Position numbers and translations under genes: made by a program
The notes under the pieces: generated by a model
Database searches by the model: none
Seen by the model: only the letters and a program-made list of their open reading frames with translations
What the model was told of the DNA's origin: nothing
Shown here: positions 8,604-17,922 of the stretch, one piece after another
Position numbering within the stretch: the first letter of the stretch is position 1
How the letters are laid out: every line of letters begins with the position of its first letter
From: Alloacidobacterium sp.
GTDB taxonomy: Bacteria > Acidobacteriota > Terriglobia > Terriglobales > Acidobacteriaceae
Length of the DNA: 64,000 nucleotides
Direction of reading: 5' to 3'
Assembly (NCBI RefSeq): GCF_035631355.1
Contig: NZ_DASQIX010000001.1
Coordinates: 17,011-81,010, forward strand

Positions 8604-8785
8604 GCCGTGTGTTGCATAAGAAATGCTTCCTAAGCTGTACCAAGTCGTTCGATAAATACCCGAATCCGCGAACACCGATCGTTCAACATTCAGTCCGAGC
8701 CTCGATGAGTGACTCGGCGATTATGCGATCGTGGAAAGAACTGTTTGGCAGGTACCGCGAGCAACGACTGAATCTCCACATGCGG

Positions 8786-9202
8786 CTAATCGATTTCGAC
8801 TGCCGGATAGGCTTCAATGTACTCTTCCCCATTGCAGCCTAGGTAGGCTACTGTGCGCGCAGCGAAATCCACGTCATACCGCACGACTCCCGCGCGCCAA
8901 CTGGCTGCCAGAAACTCTGGAAACGTGCTTTTTCCGGCCTGATCGATTCGCAGAGCTGCAATCAGGGCTTCTCGGTCAAAAGCGGGGACGTCCACCATGC
9001 CAGATATCAGGGGTGCATTCTGTATGACAACGGGCCCCAGGTCCGTCAAGAACAGGCTTTGGCAGGCTGGGAGAGACCAGATATTGCGATGGACTCCAGC
9101 CCGTCGCAGAGACTCGGCGAGATAAGGAAATCCTCCCACTTTCGGCCGGATAGCAGCTGCTTGTTCCATCGCCGTCGTCAGGTTCTCAATTGCCTTGCTC
9201 AT
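8786..9202 (-). CDS. DUF1398-like family protein
   Basis: Two-repeat architecture with GFPYLAESLRRAGV and TFPEFLAASWRAGVVRYDVDF..RTVAY; GGAGA SD upstream. Confidence 0.7.
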   Translation of the reverse strand: MSKAIENLTTAMEQAAAIRPKVGGFPYLAESLRRAGVHRNIWSLPACQSLFLTDLGPVVIQNAPLISGMVDVPAFDREALIAALRIDQAGKSTFPEFLAASWRAGVVRYDVDFAARTVAYLGCNGEEYIEAYPAVEID

Positions 9203-9290
9203 GGGATTCTCCTTATGAACTGGTTGAAATTAGTTTCGGTGCGATCTGAAGCGGAGACGCAGGGAAAGCATCAGAGATGACTTCTATTGC

Positions 9291-9985
9291 TCAGGCTGAA
9301 ATCCACGAACCATGGAGACCGGCTGGAACTCTTCTCGGCAGGCGGACTGTTGCCAGCGGTTTTCCGGAGAGATGGCGCGCATCGAGAATGACAAAGCTTC
9401 CTGCCGGATCGCCTAGCTGATGCACGAAACTAAAGATGAACCCGTCTTCCTCGGATTTGCCATGAAAGTCTCTCACGAAAAGTGGCTCACATACTGTCGA
9501 GCCCGCCGGAAACTGATGGACGACCTTTTTCCCAGAGGTCAGATTATAGCGGGCCATGGCTTCAAACGCGCCGATCTGCGGCTTTTCACCTGGGCGAGGA
9601 TCGCGCAATCCCACATAACCGCAGCGCGCCTTGCGACCGATATACGCATCATTGATGCGGGAAAACTCACATGACCTGCCGCCCTCTCCTGCTGCATCTC
9701 CTTTGTCATGACCCACCGATTACGATAGCGGGCGCGCCCGTTTTCGATATAGATGGCATGAACCATTCCGGTTCCATCGAATGGATAGGCGTAGTGATCG
9801 TCGGGTTTGTACTGAGGATTCGGTCCATTTCGCATGAACACGCCCCGAAGGCTGCGAGGGATCTCGCCCTCTACTTTCAGGTCCGTGTCATCACGTTCGT
9901 CAAAGACGGGCTCAAAGGCGCCGCTGAGAGCAGGATTGTTGCTGGTCCAGGGTTGGATGTCCGGCCCATGACCTTGGAAGGCCCA
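9291..9985 (-). pseudogene. Carotenoid/stilbene cleavage dioxygenase (RPE65 family) remnant with internal deletion and frameshift
   Basis: N-terminal frame NNPALSGAFEP..EGEIPRSLRGVFMRNGPNP..PFDGTGMVH..YRNRWV joins at about 9670 to a different frame CEFSRIND..EPLFV..EEDGFIFS..ILDA..LPRRVPAGLHGSW. In-frame stop at 9986-9988 upstream with no start codon between. Confidence 0.85.
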
Positions 9986-10276
9986 TTACCACGGCTGCAT
10001 GTGGCCCGAAGGTCCAGATGCTACCGGCCACTGCCGCACTGCTAAACTTCAGGAATTCGCGTCGCGTCCCATACTGCCGTTCTGTCATCAGAAGACCTCA
10101 ATCTAAAATTTGAAGAGCCCATGAAAGGAACTCCACTCCGGCTCACCGCAAGTCGCGGGTTGCGGTAACAATTAAGGACGATTGCAGCCGGAACATGAAG
10201 ACTGCCATAGCTAAATCGTTTTATACTCATCTGCGCACAGGTCATACAAATTATCCTGACAGGCTGCTGCTGAAAA

Positions 10277-12658
10277 ATGCTTCGCAAGGCTTCTTCCGTA
10301 ATTTTTACCATCGTCCTGGTTATCATCGCGACCGCGTCTGCTCACGCGCAAAATAACGATCACCGCGTAGTGCTTGAACGCGGCCCATCCACCATCGTCT
10401 TTGAGCCGTATGCGCCGAACATTATTCGCGTAACCTTCAGCCTGCTCAAAGACCCGGCACTCGCTGCCCCCGGATACGGCTTTGTCGCCTCGCCAACCGC
10501 CGAGGGCTGGACACACGAAAAAGACGGTGTGGACGAGGTCTATAAATCGTCGCAGCTGGTCGTGACGCTGAAAGGGTATCGTTCTGGTGGGCGCCGTCCG
10601 CCGCAGTCGGTCATGGACCCAGGCAGGTACTTCAGCGGTTCCACGCCGGGAGCCGATATTACCTTCGCCACTCCCGAAGGCAAGCAGCTTGCCGAGCTGA
10701 ATGGCTGGTCCATGTCTGTGCTCAACCACAAGGATGGCAATTCGCAGCTGAACTATGACCGCCGCCTAACCGATCCCGAGTTTTATCAGGTCGGAGCGAG
10801 CTTCGCTTCGCCCGACGATGAGCATTACTACGGCCTCGGGCAAAACCAGGAAGGCTTTCTCGACCATCGCGGCCATGTCGTCCACTGCTGGAACGACTAC
10901 AACGCTCCCGGCGGGCAAAGCACATGTGTGCCTTTCATGGTTACAAATTACGGCTATGGCATTGTCTGGGACAATCCGTCAAAGACGACCATCGCGCCAC
11001 ACTTCAATGAGCGCACCACTTGGACGTCTGAAGTCGGTGACCGCGTTTCCTTTTTTATCATCGCCGGGAAGACTTACGACGAAATTTATGCCGGTTACCG
11101 CCTGCTGACAGGTACGACGCCGCTACTTCCCAAGGCCGCTTACGGATACATCCAGTGCAAGCAACGCTACCGCTCACAGGATGAAGTCATGGCCGTTGCG
11201 AAAGGCTATCGCGAGCGTCACCTGCCCGCCGACGTCATTGTCGTCGACTGGCTTTACTACACAAAGATGGGCCAGATGGATTTTGTGCCCGATCTCTGGC
11301 CCGATCCGAAAGCCATGAACGACCAGTTGCACAAAATGGGCTTCCAGACCATGATCAGCGTCTGGCCGCGATTTGAGCCAGGCTCGCGCTACTACGATTT
11401 CCTTTTGCAGAAGGGTTGGTTCGAGCACCTCGCTGATGGCACACCTACTAACGGTCTGCCCTATGACAAAGCCGGCTCTGACATCGACACGACGAATCCC
11501 GATGCAGCCCGCTGGTACTGGAACACCATCAAGGAAGACATTCTCAGCAAAGGCTTCGACTCCATCTGGGCCGACGAAACCGAGCCCGATTTGCCGCCGA
11601 ATGGCAGCTACCTGCACATCGGCCCCGGTACGCAGTACTTCAATGTTTACCCGCTCTTCCACACCGGCACAATTTACGACGGTTTCCGCCGCGACACGCC
11701 GCACCGCGCGCTGGTCCTCTCGCGCGATGCCTGGCTCGGCGCGCAACGCAATGGCGCCATCTTCTGGTCGTCCGACATCACCGCCACCTGGGACGCCTTT
11801 AAGCGTCAGATTCCCACCGGCCTCAATTTCGCAGCCTCCGGCCTGACGTATTGGAGCAATGACACTGGCGGCTGGCAGCCGCTGCCTGCTGTTCATCAGC
11901 CAGCGCATCCGCCGCTGCTCGACCCATCCGATGTTCGTGACAATGTTGGCGATTACGACGATTACCCGGAGCTATACACGCGCTGGTTCGAGTACGCGAC
12001 GTTTCTGCCTATTATGCGCACGCACGGCAGCCGCCGTTATAACGAGGTCTGGTCCTACGGCAAACAGGCGAAACCTATTCTCGAAAAATACCTCAAGCTG
12101 CGCTACGAATTGCTGCCCTACATCTACTCGCTCGGCTACCAGACATACAAAACCGGCGCGCCGTTCATGCGCGCTCTCTTCATGGATTTTCCCGGCGACC
12201 CCAACGTCTCTGACATTCGCGACGAATACATGCTCGGCCCTGCGTTTCTTGTCGCGCCATTAACGGAACAAGGCGCTACCAGCCGAAAAGTCTATCTGCC
12301 CGCCGGCGCAGCCTGGTACAACTACTGGACCAACGAGAGAGTAAAAGGCGGCGAGACAATCAACGTCAGCGCACCCATCGATACCATCCCGCTCTTCGTC
12401 CGCGCCGGCTCCATCATCCCAACGGGCTCCTATATCGAAAGTACGGAACAGCCGCAGCAAATCGCGAAAGTCCGCGTCTACCCCGGAGCCGACGCCGATT
12501 TCACTCTCTTTCAGGATGACGGCAATACCTATGCCTACGAAAAAGGCGATGCGAAAATCACCCACCTGCACTGGAACGACACCACTCACCATCTGACGCA
12601 TGCAGGAGCACAAGCCTGGAATGAGCCAGATAGTCAGGTCATTGACGTCCAGCACTAG
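10277..12658 (+). CDS. Secreted glycoside hydrolase family 31 (alpha-xylosidase/alpha-glucosidase-like)
   Basis: Signal peptide ending AHA. Motifs YYGLGQ, DWLYY, WADETEP (nucleophile), WSSDI, SNDTGG (acid/base), EYMLGPAFLVAP. Confidence 0.9.
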   Translation: MLRKASSVIFTIVLVIIATASAHAQNNDHRVVLERGPSTIVFEPYAPNIIRVTFSLLKDPALAAPGYGFVASPTAEGWTHEKDGVDEVYKSSQLVVTLKGYRSGGRRPPQSVMDPGRYFSGSTPGADITFATPEGKQLAELNGWSMSVLNHKDGNSQLNYDRRLTDPEFYQVGASFASPDDEHYYGLGQNQEGFLDHRGHVVHCWNDYNAPGGQSTCVPFMVTNYGYGIVWDNPSKTTIAPHFNERTTWTSEVGDRVSFFIIAGKTYDEIYAGYRLLTGTTPLLPKAAYGYIQCKQRYRSQDEVMAVAKGYRERHLPADVIVVDWLYYTKMGQMDFVPDLWPDPKAMNDQLHKMGFQTMISVWPRFEPGSRYYDFLLQKGWFEHLADGTPTNGLPYDKAGSDIDTTNPDAARWYWNTIKEDILSKGFDSIWADETEPDLPPNGSYLHIGPGTQYFNVYPLFHTGTIYDGFRRDTPHRALVLSRDAWLGAQRNGAIFWSSDITATWDAFKRQIPTGLNFAASGLTYWSNDTGGWQPLPAVHQPAHPPLLDPSDVRDNVGDYDDYPELYTRWFEYATFLPIMRTHGSRRYNEVWSYGKQAKPILEKYLKLRYELLPYIYSLGYQTYKTGAPFMRALFMDFPGDPNVSDIRDEYMLGPAFLVAPLTEQGATSRKVYLPAGAAWYNYWTNERVKGGETINVSAPIDTIPLFVRAGSIIPTGSYIESTEQPQQIAKVRVYPGADADFTLFQDDGNTYAYEKGDAKITHLHWNDTTHHLTHAGAQAWNEPDSQVIDVQH

Positions 12659-12663
12659 AAAAG

Positions 12664-12692
12664 AAAAGGCCCGGCATGATGCCGGGCCTTTT
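12664..12692. terminator. Bidirectional intrinsic terminator between GH31 and tsf
   Basis: Perfect inverted repeat AAAAGGCCCGGCAT-G-ATGCCGGGCCTTTT between convergent stop codons. Confidence 0.85.
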
Positions 12693-12711
12693 AACATCAA
12701 AGCGCTTACGC

Positions 12712-13365
12712 CTACTGCGCTTCGGTTACTACCTTCGTCTGAGCAACCGTCCAGGTCGGGTCGCCAACCTTGAAGCGGGCAAAGCGGCGGACGGTGATGT
12801 TCTCGCCCAGCTTGCCGACCTTCTGCGCAATCAGGTCCTTGATCGAAACCGTCTGCTCCTTGATGAACGGCTGTTCCAGCAGGCAGACTTCCTCGTAGAA
12901 CTTGCTCATCTTGCCCTCGACGATCTTCTCGATCACCGGAGCTGGCTTGCCCGTCTGCGCGGCCTGCGCCCGGAAGATGTCCTTCTCCCGCTCCAGATCC
13001 TCAGTCGTCACATCTTCTGGGCGGATGTAGCGGGGATCAGTCGCTGCAATGTGCATGGCGATGTCCTTGAGCAACTGCTGGAAGTCTTCCGTACGGGCGA
13101 CAAAGTCGCTCTCGCAATTCACTTCCACCAGCACGCCAATCTTGCCGCCAGCATGGATGTAGGTGCCTACAGCGCCCTCGTTGGTGGTGCGTGAAGCCTT
13201 CTTCTGTGCCGAGGCCATGCCGCGCTTGCGCAGAATGACGAAAGCCTCTTCCATGTCACCCTTCGACTCCTGCAGCGCCTTCAGGCAGTCGCCCATCGGA
13301 GCACCGGACTTCTCGCGCAGCTCCTTCACCAGCTTGGCATCAATCTTTTCACTCACAGTCGACAT
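12712..13365 (-). CDS. tsf: Elongation factor Ts (short form)
   Basis: LVKELREKSGAPMGDCLKAL, EVNCESDFVAR, LLEQPFIK, RRFARFKVG. Confidence 0.97.
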   Translation of the reverse strand: MSTVSEKIDAKLVKELREKSGAPMGDCLKALQESKGDMEEAFVILRKRGMASAQKKASRTTNEGAVGTYIHAGGKIGVLVEVNCESDFVARTEDFQQLLKDIAMHIAATDPRYIRPEDVTTEDLEREKDIFRAQAAQTGKPAPVIEKIVEGKMSKFYEEVCLLEQPFIKEQTVSIKDLIAQKVGKLGENITVRRFARFKVGDPTWTVAQTKVVTEAQ

Positions 13366-13482
13366 TCCTTCTCCAATTCTCTTTCTATCACGCTCGCGTT
13401 ACGCGACAGTGACTCTAAACACAACGAAAGCGTGGCGCATTCAAACTTGCAGCCACGCTTCCGTGAAAAATTACCTACCTTC

Positions 13483-14379
13483 TTAGTAGCTGCTTTCGGC
13501 TGCCTCGGCATCATCCAGCGCGCTCACGGTTGCGGGCGACTTGCGAATGCCTCCACCCAGCGCTGTTTCAAGGTCCACTTCGTCTTCCGTTGATTCCAGA
13601 GCGCCAGCCTGAATGCCTTCGAGCGTTCCCGCTTCGGCATCGCCGGTCACGCCATCGGCGCTGACTCCGGCCACGTCAGCAAGCGTCTTATCGCCGGCCA
13701 TTTGCACGCCTTCGACTGCTGAATCGGCAATCTTCGAGGCGAAGAGGCGGATTGCGCGCAGCGCGTCATCGTTGCCCGGAATCACATAGTCCACAACCGT
13801 CGGGTCGCAGTTCGTGTCAACCACAGCGACGACAGGAATACCCAGCTTGCGGGCTTCCTTCACGGCAATCGCTTCGTTGTTCGAGTCGATCACGAAAAGC
13901 GCATCCGGCAGGCGCTTCATATTCTTGATGCCTGCGAGGTTAGCCTGAAGGTGCTTGCGCTCGCGCTCGAGGCGAATCACTTCTTTCTTCGTCAGCAGCT
14001 CATAGCGGCCGTCGGTGGCCATCTCATCCAGTTCCTGAAGGCGCTTCACCGACTTCTGCACCGTCACCCAGTTGGTCAGCAGTCCACCCAGCCAGCGGTT
14101 GTTGATGTAGAACATCCCGGCGCGGGTCGCCTCTTCAGCGATCGCGTCCTGTGCCTGGCGCTTGGTGCCGACAAACAGAATCACTTTGCCCTGGCCGGTC
14201 AGGTCGGTCACAAACTTCGACGCGTCCTTGAACATCTTCAGGGTCTTCTGCAGGTCGATGATATAAATGCCGTTACGCTCGCCGAAGATGTACTCCTTCA
14301 TGCGAGGGTCCCAGCGCTTCGTCTGGTGCCCGAAGTGGACTCCCGCTTCGAGCAGCTCCTTCATGGTGATGGTTGCCAA
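13483..14379 (-). CDS. rpsB: 30S ribosomal protein S2
   Basis: [47 protein letters not shown] start after AAGGAGG; acidic C-terminal tail. Confidence 0.98.
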   Translation of the reverse strand: MATITMKELLEAGVHFGHQTKRWDPRMKEYIFGERNGIYIIDLQKTLKMFKDASKFVTDLTGQGKVILFVGTKRQAQDAIAEEATRAGMFYINNRWLGGLLTNWVTVQKSVKRLQELDEMATDGRYELLTKKEVIRLERERKHLQANLAGIKNMKRLPDALFVIDSNNEAIAVKEARKLGIPVVAVVDTNCDPTVVDYVIPGNDDALRAIRLFASKIADSAVEGVQMAGDKTLADVAGVSADGVTGDAEAGTLEGIQAGALESTEDEVDLETALGGGIRKSPATVSALDDAEAAESSY

Positions 14380-14467
14380 ACAGCCTCCTTCGTGGACTGC
14401 ATCCCGGCAATGGTTAAGGTCGCCGGAATTGATTCCCCTATTTGGGAAGATTTAACTACCTAAACTT

Positions 14468-14504
14468 GGGTGCACCATTCAAGCCCTCTTTTGGCTTGAA
14501 TGGG
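14468..14504 (+). repeat. REP-like palindrome, GGGTGC(C/A)C family
   Basis: GGGTGCA then the stem CCATTCAAGCC-CTCTTTT-GGCTTGAATGG; related copies at 14955, 21338, 16646 and 36796. Confidence 0.75.
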
Positions 14505-14515
14505 ACAGCCGAAAA

Positions 14516-14911
14516 CTAGCGCTTACTGAACTGGAACCGCTTACGGGCGCCCTTCTGACCGTACTTCTTGCGCTCCTTGGCGCGGGCGTCACGGGTCAGC
14601 AGACCATCGCTCTTCAGCGTCTTGCGCAGTTCCGCATTGAACTCAAGCAGGGCGCGGGCAATGCCCATCTTTACCGCGTCGGCCTGCGCGTTTACGCCGC
14701 CGCCAGCGACACGCGTAATCACGTCAAAGGTTGCCGTTGTCTCCGTCAGGGCCAGCGGACGCTTCGCCGCCACGCGCTGCTGCTCGGTGACAAAGTAGGC
14801 GTCGAACGCCTTGTCGTTGACCTTGAACTCGCCGTTGCCGGGGCGCAGAAAGACGCGGGCAATCGCCGACTTGCGGCGCCCCGTCCCGTAATACTGAACC
14901 AAATCTGCCAT
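14516..14911 (-). CDS. rpsI: 30S ribosomal protein S9
   Basis: [42 protein letters not shown]. Confidence 0.98.
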   Translation of the reverse strand: MADLVQYYGTGRRKSAIARVFLRPGNGEFKVNDKAFDAYFVTEQQRVAAKRPLALTETTATFDVITRVAGGGVNAQADAVKMGIARALLEFNAELRKTLKSDGLLTRDARAKERKKYGQKGARKRFQFSKR

Positions 14912-14954
14912 TCGCTTTTCCTAATCTCTCAATCTTGTTGGCCCATTCAAAACT

Positions 14955-14989
14955 GGGTGCCCAATTCAAGCCCTCCTGGCTTGAGTGGG
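14955..14989 (+). repeat. REP-like palindrome, GGGTGCCC family
   Basis: GGGTGCCCAATTCAAGCCCTCCTGGCTTGAGTGGG; direct-orientation relative of the 14468 copy. Confidence 0.7.
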
Positions 14990-14999
14990 AGGGACTGAA

Positions 15000-15434
15000 C
15001 TACGCCTTCACTTCCAGAGGCTGCGGCTTCTGCGCCTGGTGCGGATGCTGGTCGCCGCGGTAGACGTTCAGCTTCGAGCCCATCTTGCGGCCCATCTTGG
15101 TCTTGGGCAGCATGCCCTTGATCGCCTCTTCCACAATCTTTTCCGGCTTGCGCTCTAGCAGCCTCACAAAAGACTCCTCGCGCAGACCACCCGGGAAACC
15201 CGTATAGCGGCGATAGACCTTCTGCTGACTCTTCAGTCCGGTCAGCCGGACCTTCTCGGCATTGATCACGATCACGTGATCGCCCATATCGATGTATGGG
15301 GTGTACTTCGGGTTCCGCTTGCCGCTCAGGACACTGGCCGCCTCGGTCGCCAGACGCCCCAGCGTCTTGCCGCTGGCGTCTACCACGAACCATTTGCGCT
15401 CAATCTCATGCGCGCTGGGAATATACGTCGACAT
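15000..15434 (-). CDS. rplM: 50S ribosomal protein L13
   Basis: [45 protein letters not shown]. Confidence 0.98.
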   Translation of the reverse strand: MSTYIPSAHEIERKWFVVDASGKTLGRLATEAASVLSGKRNPKYTPYIDMGDHVIVINAEKVRLTGLKSQQKVYRRYTGFPGGLREESFVRLLERKPEKIVEEAIKGMLPKTKMGRKMGSKLNVYRGDQHPHQAQKPQPLEVKA

Positions 15435-15672
15435 CTTCTATCTCCACCAAAAAACTCGCGTTCAACCGCAATCTGCCCACGCAAATCATAGCGTGGCTTG
15501 AAAATCTTACCCACGACGAGCACTTCATGTACGCGTGAGGTTCGGAGCCCAACGCACGCGATATTCACGTGATAGGGGTCATTTGGCGCAGGCTCAACCG
15601 ATTGGGGTTTTCCGGGTTCGGCGCCCAGTCAAGACACAAAGACAGGCAGACGCGGAACTGCGCAAGGATTTT

Positions 15673-15701
15673 AGAATACGGGATTTTTTGGCCGGAGTCA
15701 A
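15673..15701 (-). promoter_or_regulatory. Sigma70-type promoter for the rplM-rpsI-rpsB-tsf operon
   Basis: Minus strand TTGACT (15701-15696), 17-nt spacer, TATTCT (15678-15673). Confidence 0.55.
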
Positions 15702-15741
15702 TGAAATGTGGGGCGTTTCTCCATTCCTGACATAGGCCACT

Positions 15742-16560
15742 CTATGCGGGCGCGCACTGGTAGAGATTACACCACGGGTTCCGTTGACTGCGATCGACGG
15801 TCGAGCCGTCCTTTTTGCCCGATCCAGCCTTATTTTGGTGGACTGTAACCGCGGAGCGATCCCATGCATCCAGCGGGTTAGTACTCACTTTCTTCACCAT
15901 TGCGAGTTCAGATTGGTCTTCAAGGTTGAAAACGAAAGTTCTCTTCTTGACCAAACCTATTGTGCCAAACGGTCCCTCAACCGAGCCCTTACCATCCAGC
16001 ACGGCGAGACGCGCTCCGGTCGCATCAAGTTCCACACGGATATGACTAGAAGGCTGCAGATGCAAAACCTGCAGACCGAACTTTAGTTGGAAGTCCGTCC
16101 CCTTGGGCTTAACGAGATAGGCCGGGATCAGGCTGGCATAAACGGTTCCCTTTAACACATTGATGCTCGTGGCCGTCGCTCCCAAAGCGAACAGTTCTGA
16201 ACGAGGAATCTCAATTGAGGAGTATTGGCCGAGACGTACCGTGCTGCCGTCTTCAAACTCAACTTCTGCCCTGCCCCTACCGGTTTGAATGACAGTTCCT
16301 TCAGTTATCGGCATGTGAGCAACCGCTGGATGAAATTCTTTCTCATTGCTGTTAGCAAGCTGAACTTCAGCCTCTACACCGCTCAACCACGCAATAGCTA
16401 TCTTTGCACCACCATGAGAGAGATCCGAATCATGCGTAGCCGTGGAATCATCGCCGGTAGCTGTAGTCGGGCGAGTTGCAACTTGCTGAGCAGGCAACAG
16501 CCACGAGTTCCATGCCAGCGCGGACATGAAAATTAAGCCGAGCTTTGCGACCGTCTTCAC
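15742..16560 (-). CDS. FecR-domain-containing exported protein
   Basis: Signal-like N-terminus, then MPITEGTVIQTGRGRAEVEFEDGSTVRLG..VLKGTVY..RLAVLDGKGSV. Start trimmed to GTG 16560; the exact start is uncertain. Confidence 0.7.
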   Translation of the reverse strand: MKTVAKLGLIFMSALAWNSWLLPAQQVATRPTTATGDDSTATHDSDLSHGGAKIAIAWLSGVEAEVQLANSNEKEFHPAVAHMPITEGTVIQTGRGRAEVEFEDGSTVRLGQYSSIEIPRSELFALGATATSINVLKGTVYASLIPAYLVKPKGTDFQLKFGLQVLHLQPSSHIRVELDATGARLAVLDGKGSVEGPFGTIGLVKKRTFVFNLEDQSELAMVKKVSTNPLDAWDRSAVTVHQNKAGSGKKDGSTVDRSQRNPWCNLYQCAPA

Positions 16561-16645
16561 TTCAGGGGTTCTCACCTCGTCAAGTTCATTAGCCGATCCG
16601 GACTGAGGCGTTCCTATAGCGATTATAGGGAATACTTTCACTGCC

Positions 16646-16683
16646 GAGTGCCCCGGGTCTCGCTTTTGAGACCTGGGGCACTC
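16646..16683. repeat. REP-like palindrome (GTGCCCC-GGTCTC family), may also terminate vapC
   Basis: GAGTGCCCCGGGTCTC-GCTTTT-GAGACCTGGGGCACTC, a 16-bp stem with one G-T pair, 11 nt past the vapC stop. Confidence 0.8.
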
Positions 16684-16694
16684 TTGTGCTGCTG

Positions 16695-17114
16695 CTAACT
16701 CACCCATGGATTCACCACCGCCACCCCGGTCGGCTCAAAATCCTCCACATTCCGCGTAACCACAGTCATCCCATGCACACGAGCTGTTGCTGCAATCAGA
16801 GCATCTCTGTCAGAACGTGGATCGGGGACGTGGAGAGCCGCGCAGCGTTGCGCGACAGCGGTATCGATAACCAGAATCCTGCCATTGAACGCAGGTAAAA
16901 CATGTTCTTCCAGCCACGCGCGAAGCAACGCGCCTTGATGGGAATCTCGGCGCTCAATCAGCAGAATTCCAATCTCCAACTCCAGCACCGAGACGACTGA
17001 AAGAAACAGGCGTCCGGCGGGGACGCTCTTTGCCCACGACAACACATTCCGGTCAGCCTTGCCCGTCTTCGCTCTGCGCAGTTCGGAAACAACATTCGTG
17101 TCCAGCAGGTACAT
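16695..17114 (-). CDS. vapC: Type II toxin, VapC/PIN-domain RNase
   Basis: MYLLDTNVVSE, SVLELEIG, DALIAATA, VTRNVEDF; TAATG overlap with the antitoxin stop. Confidence 0.92.
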   Translation of the reverse strand: MYLLDTNVVSELRRAKTGKADRNVLSWAKSVPAGRLFLSVVSVLELEIGILLIERRDSHQGALLRAWLEEHVLPAFNGRILVIDTAVAQRCAALHVPDPRSDRDALIAATARVHGMTVVTRNVEDFEPTGVAVVNPWVS

Positions 17115-17371
17115 TACGGCAAATCCACCCATTTATGAATGTTCCCGCTCAACCGTGGCGGCTCAAATTCAACTTCTGAAGCATTCGGCATCGCCAGCAG
17201 ATCCACAATGCTCTCCCGTTTGCCGGTGATTTTCTCGTACTCCTCAATGGAGAGAAGCACATGGGAAGGGCGTCCACGGTCAGTGATGAAAACAGGCCCG
17301 CGCCTGGCCGCTTTCTTGGCCCTGCCCGCGTCGTGGTTGAATTCCCGGCTCGAAAGTGTAGTAATCGCCAT
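17114..17371 (-). CDS. Type II antitoxin, Phd/YefM family
   Basis: TTLSSREFNHD..RAKKAA..GPVFITDRGRPSHVLLSIEEY; directly upstream of and coupled to vapC. Confidence 0.9.
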   Translation of the reverse strand: MAITTLSSREFNHDAGRAKKAARRGPVFITDRGRPSHVLLSIEEYEKITGKRESIVDLLAMPNASEVEFEPPRLSGNIHKWVDLP

Positions 17372-17381
17372 GCTTTTATCC

Positions 17382-17405
17382 ATGTAGTAACGTACCTACA
17401 TTATA
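17382..17405 (-). promoter_or_regulatory. TA promoter -10 box with overlapping operator palindrome
   Basis: TATAAT on the minus strand (17405-17400) overlaps the inverted repeat ATGTAG-N8-CTACAT (17382-17401). Confidence 0.6.
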
Positions 17406-17740
17406 CCCCTATCTTTTACCTGCCTGCCTCGTTTTGATCCAGATCGCTGAACCGTACCAAGGCGTAGCGGCACGTAGTGAAAGCGAATCAGGTAAATATT
17501 CTCGCCCTTGCCATGCTTCGCGACCTTGAGCAGATCCAGAACGCCCATGAATCCCGACTCACGCGAAAGCTCGGGCGTAATATCCGGAAACCCGATCGAT
17601 TCAATCGAGTCCACCTCGATCTCGCCTTCCTCCATGCGGTATCGTCCGCCCACTCGCACACGGGGACTCATCCAGATTCGGACGCTACAAGTAATCTCTC
17701 CGCGACGAATGCCCTCGCGAAGCCGTTTGGCGAACAACAT
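17396..17740 (-). CDS. ASCH/PUA-like domain protein
   Basis: LFAKRLREGIRRGEITCSVR.W..P..GG..I..ELSRESGF..L..IRF pattern. Confidence 0.7.
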   Translation of the reverse strand: MLFAKRLREGIRRGEITCSVRIWMSPRVRVGGRYRMEEGEIEVDSIESIGFPDITPELSRESGFMGVLDLLKVAKHGKGENIYLIRFHYVPLRLGTVQRSGSKRGRQVKDRGIM

Positions 17741-17922
17741 GGCCGCAGCCTACCCTTGCCGCTCATGTCTGCGCAAGACACAGCACCTGCCCTGATATTT
17801 CTGAGCGCACTCCCATAAGCAACTCCAGAGGAGGGCATAATTTGAAGCCAGGCTCCGTATAATGCTCTTAAGACCCGAAGAACTTCCATCCTTTCACGCT
17901 CTTACCCGGAGATCCAGCCTAG

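Noticed and set aside
9671-10045. 124-aa plus-strand ORF
   Set aside because: Antisense to the clearly homologous carotenoid-oxygenase remnant.
12712-13365. Short EF-Ts and absence of pyrH-frr after tsf
   Set aside because: Short EF-Ts forms and rearranged rpsB-tsf contexts are known in several phyla; not novel.
15590-15630. GGGTTCG segment as a possible tRNA T-loop
   Set aside because: No cloverleaf, D-arm or acceptor stem can be formed around it.
16561-16707. N-terminal extension of the FecR ORF (MGELAAAQECPRSQKRDPGH...)
   Set aside because: It is the translation of the 16646-16683 palindrome and overlaps the vapC stop; a signal-peptide-like start lies downstream.
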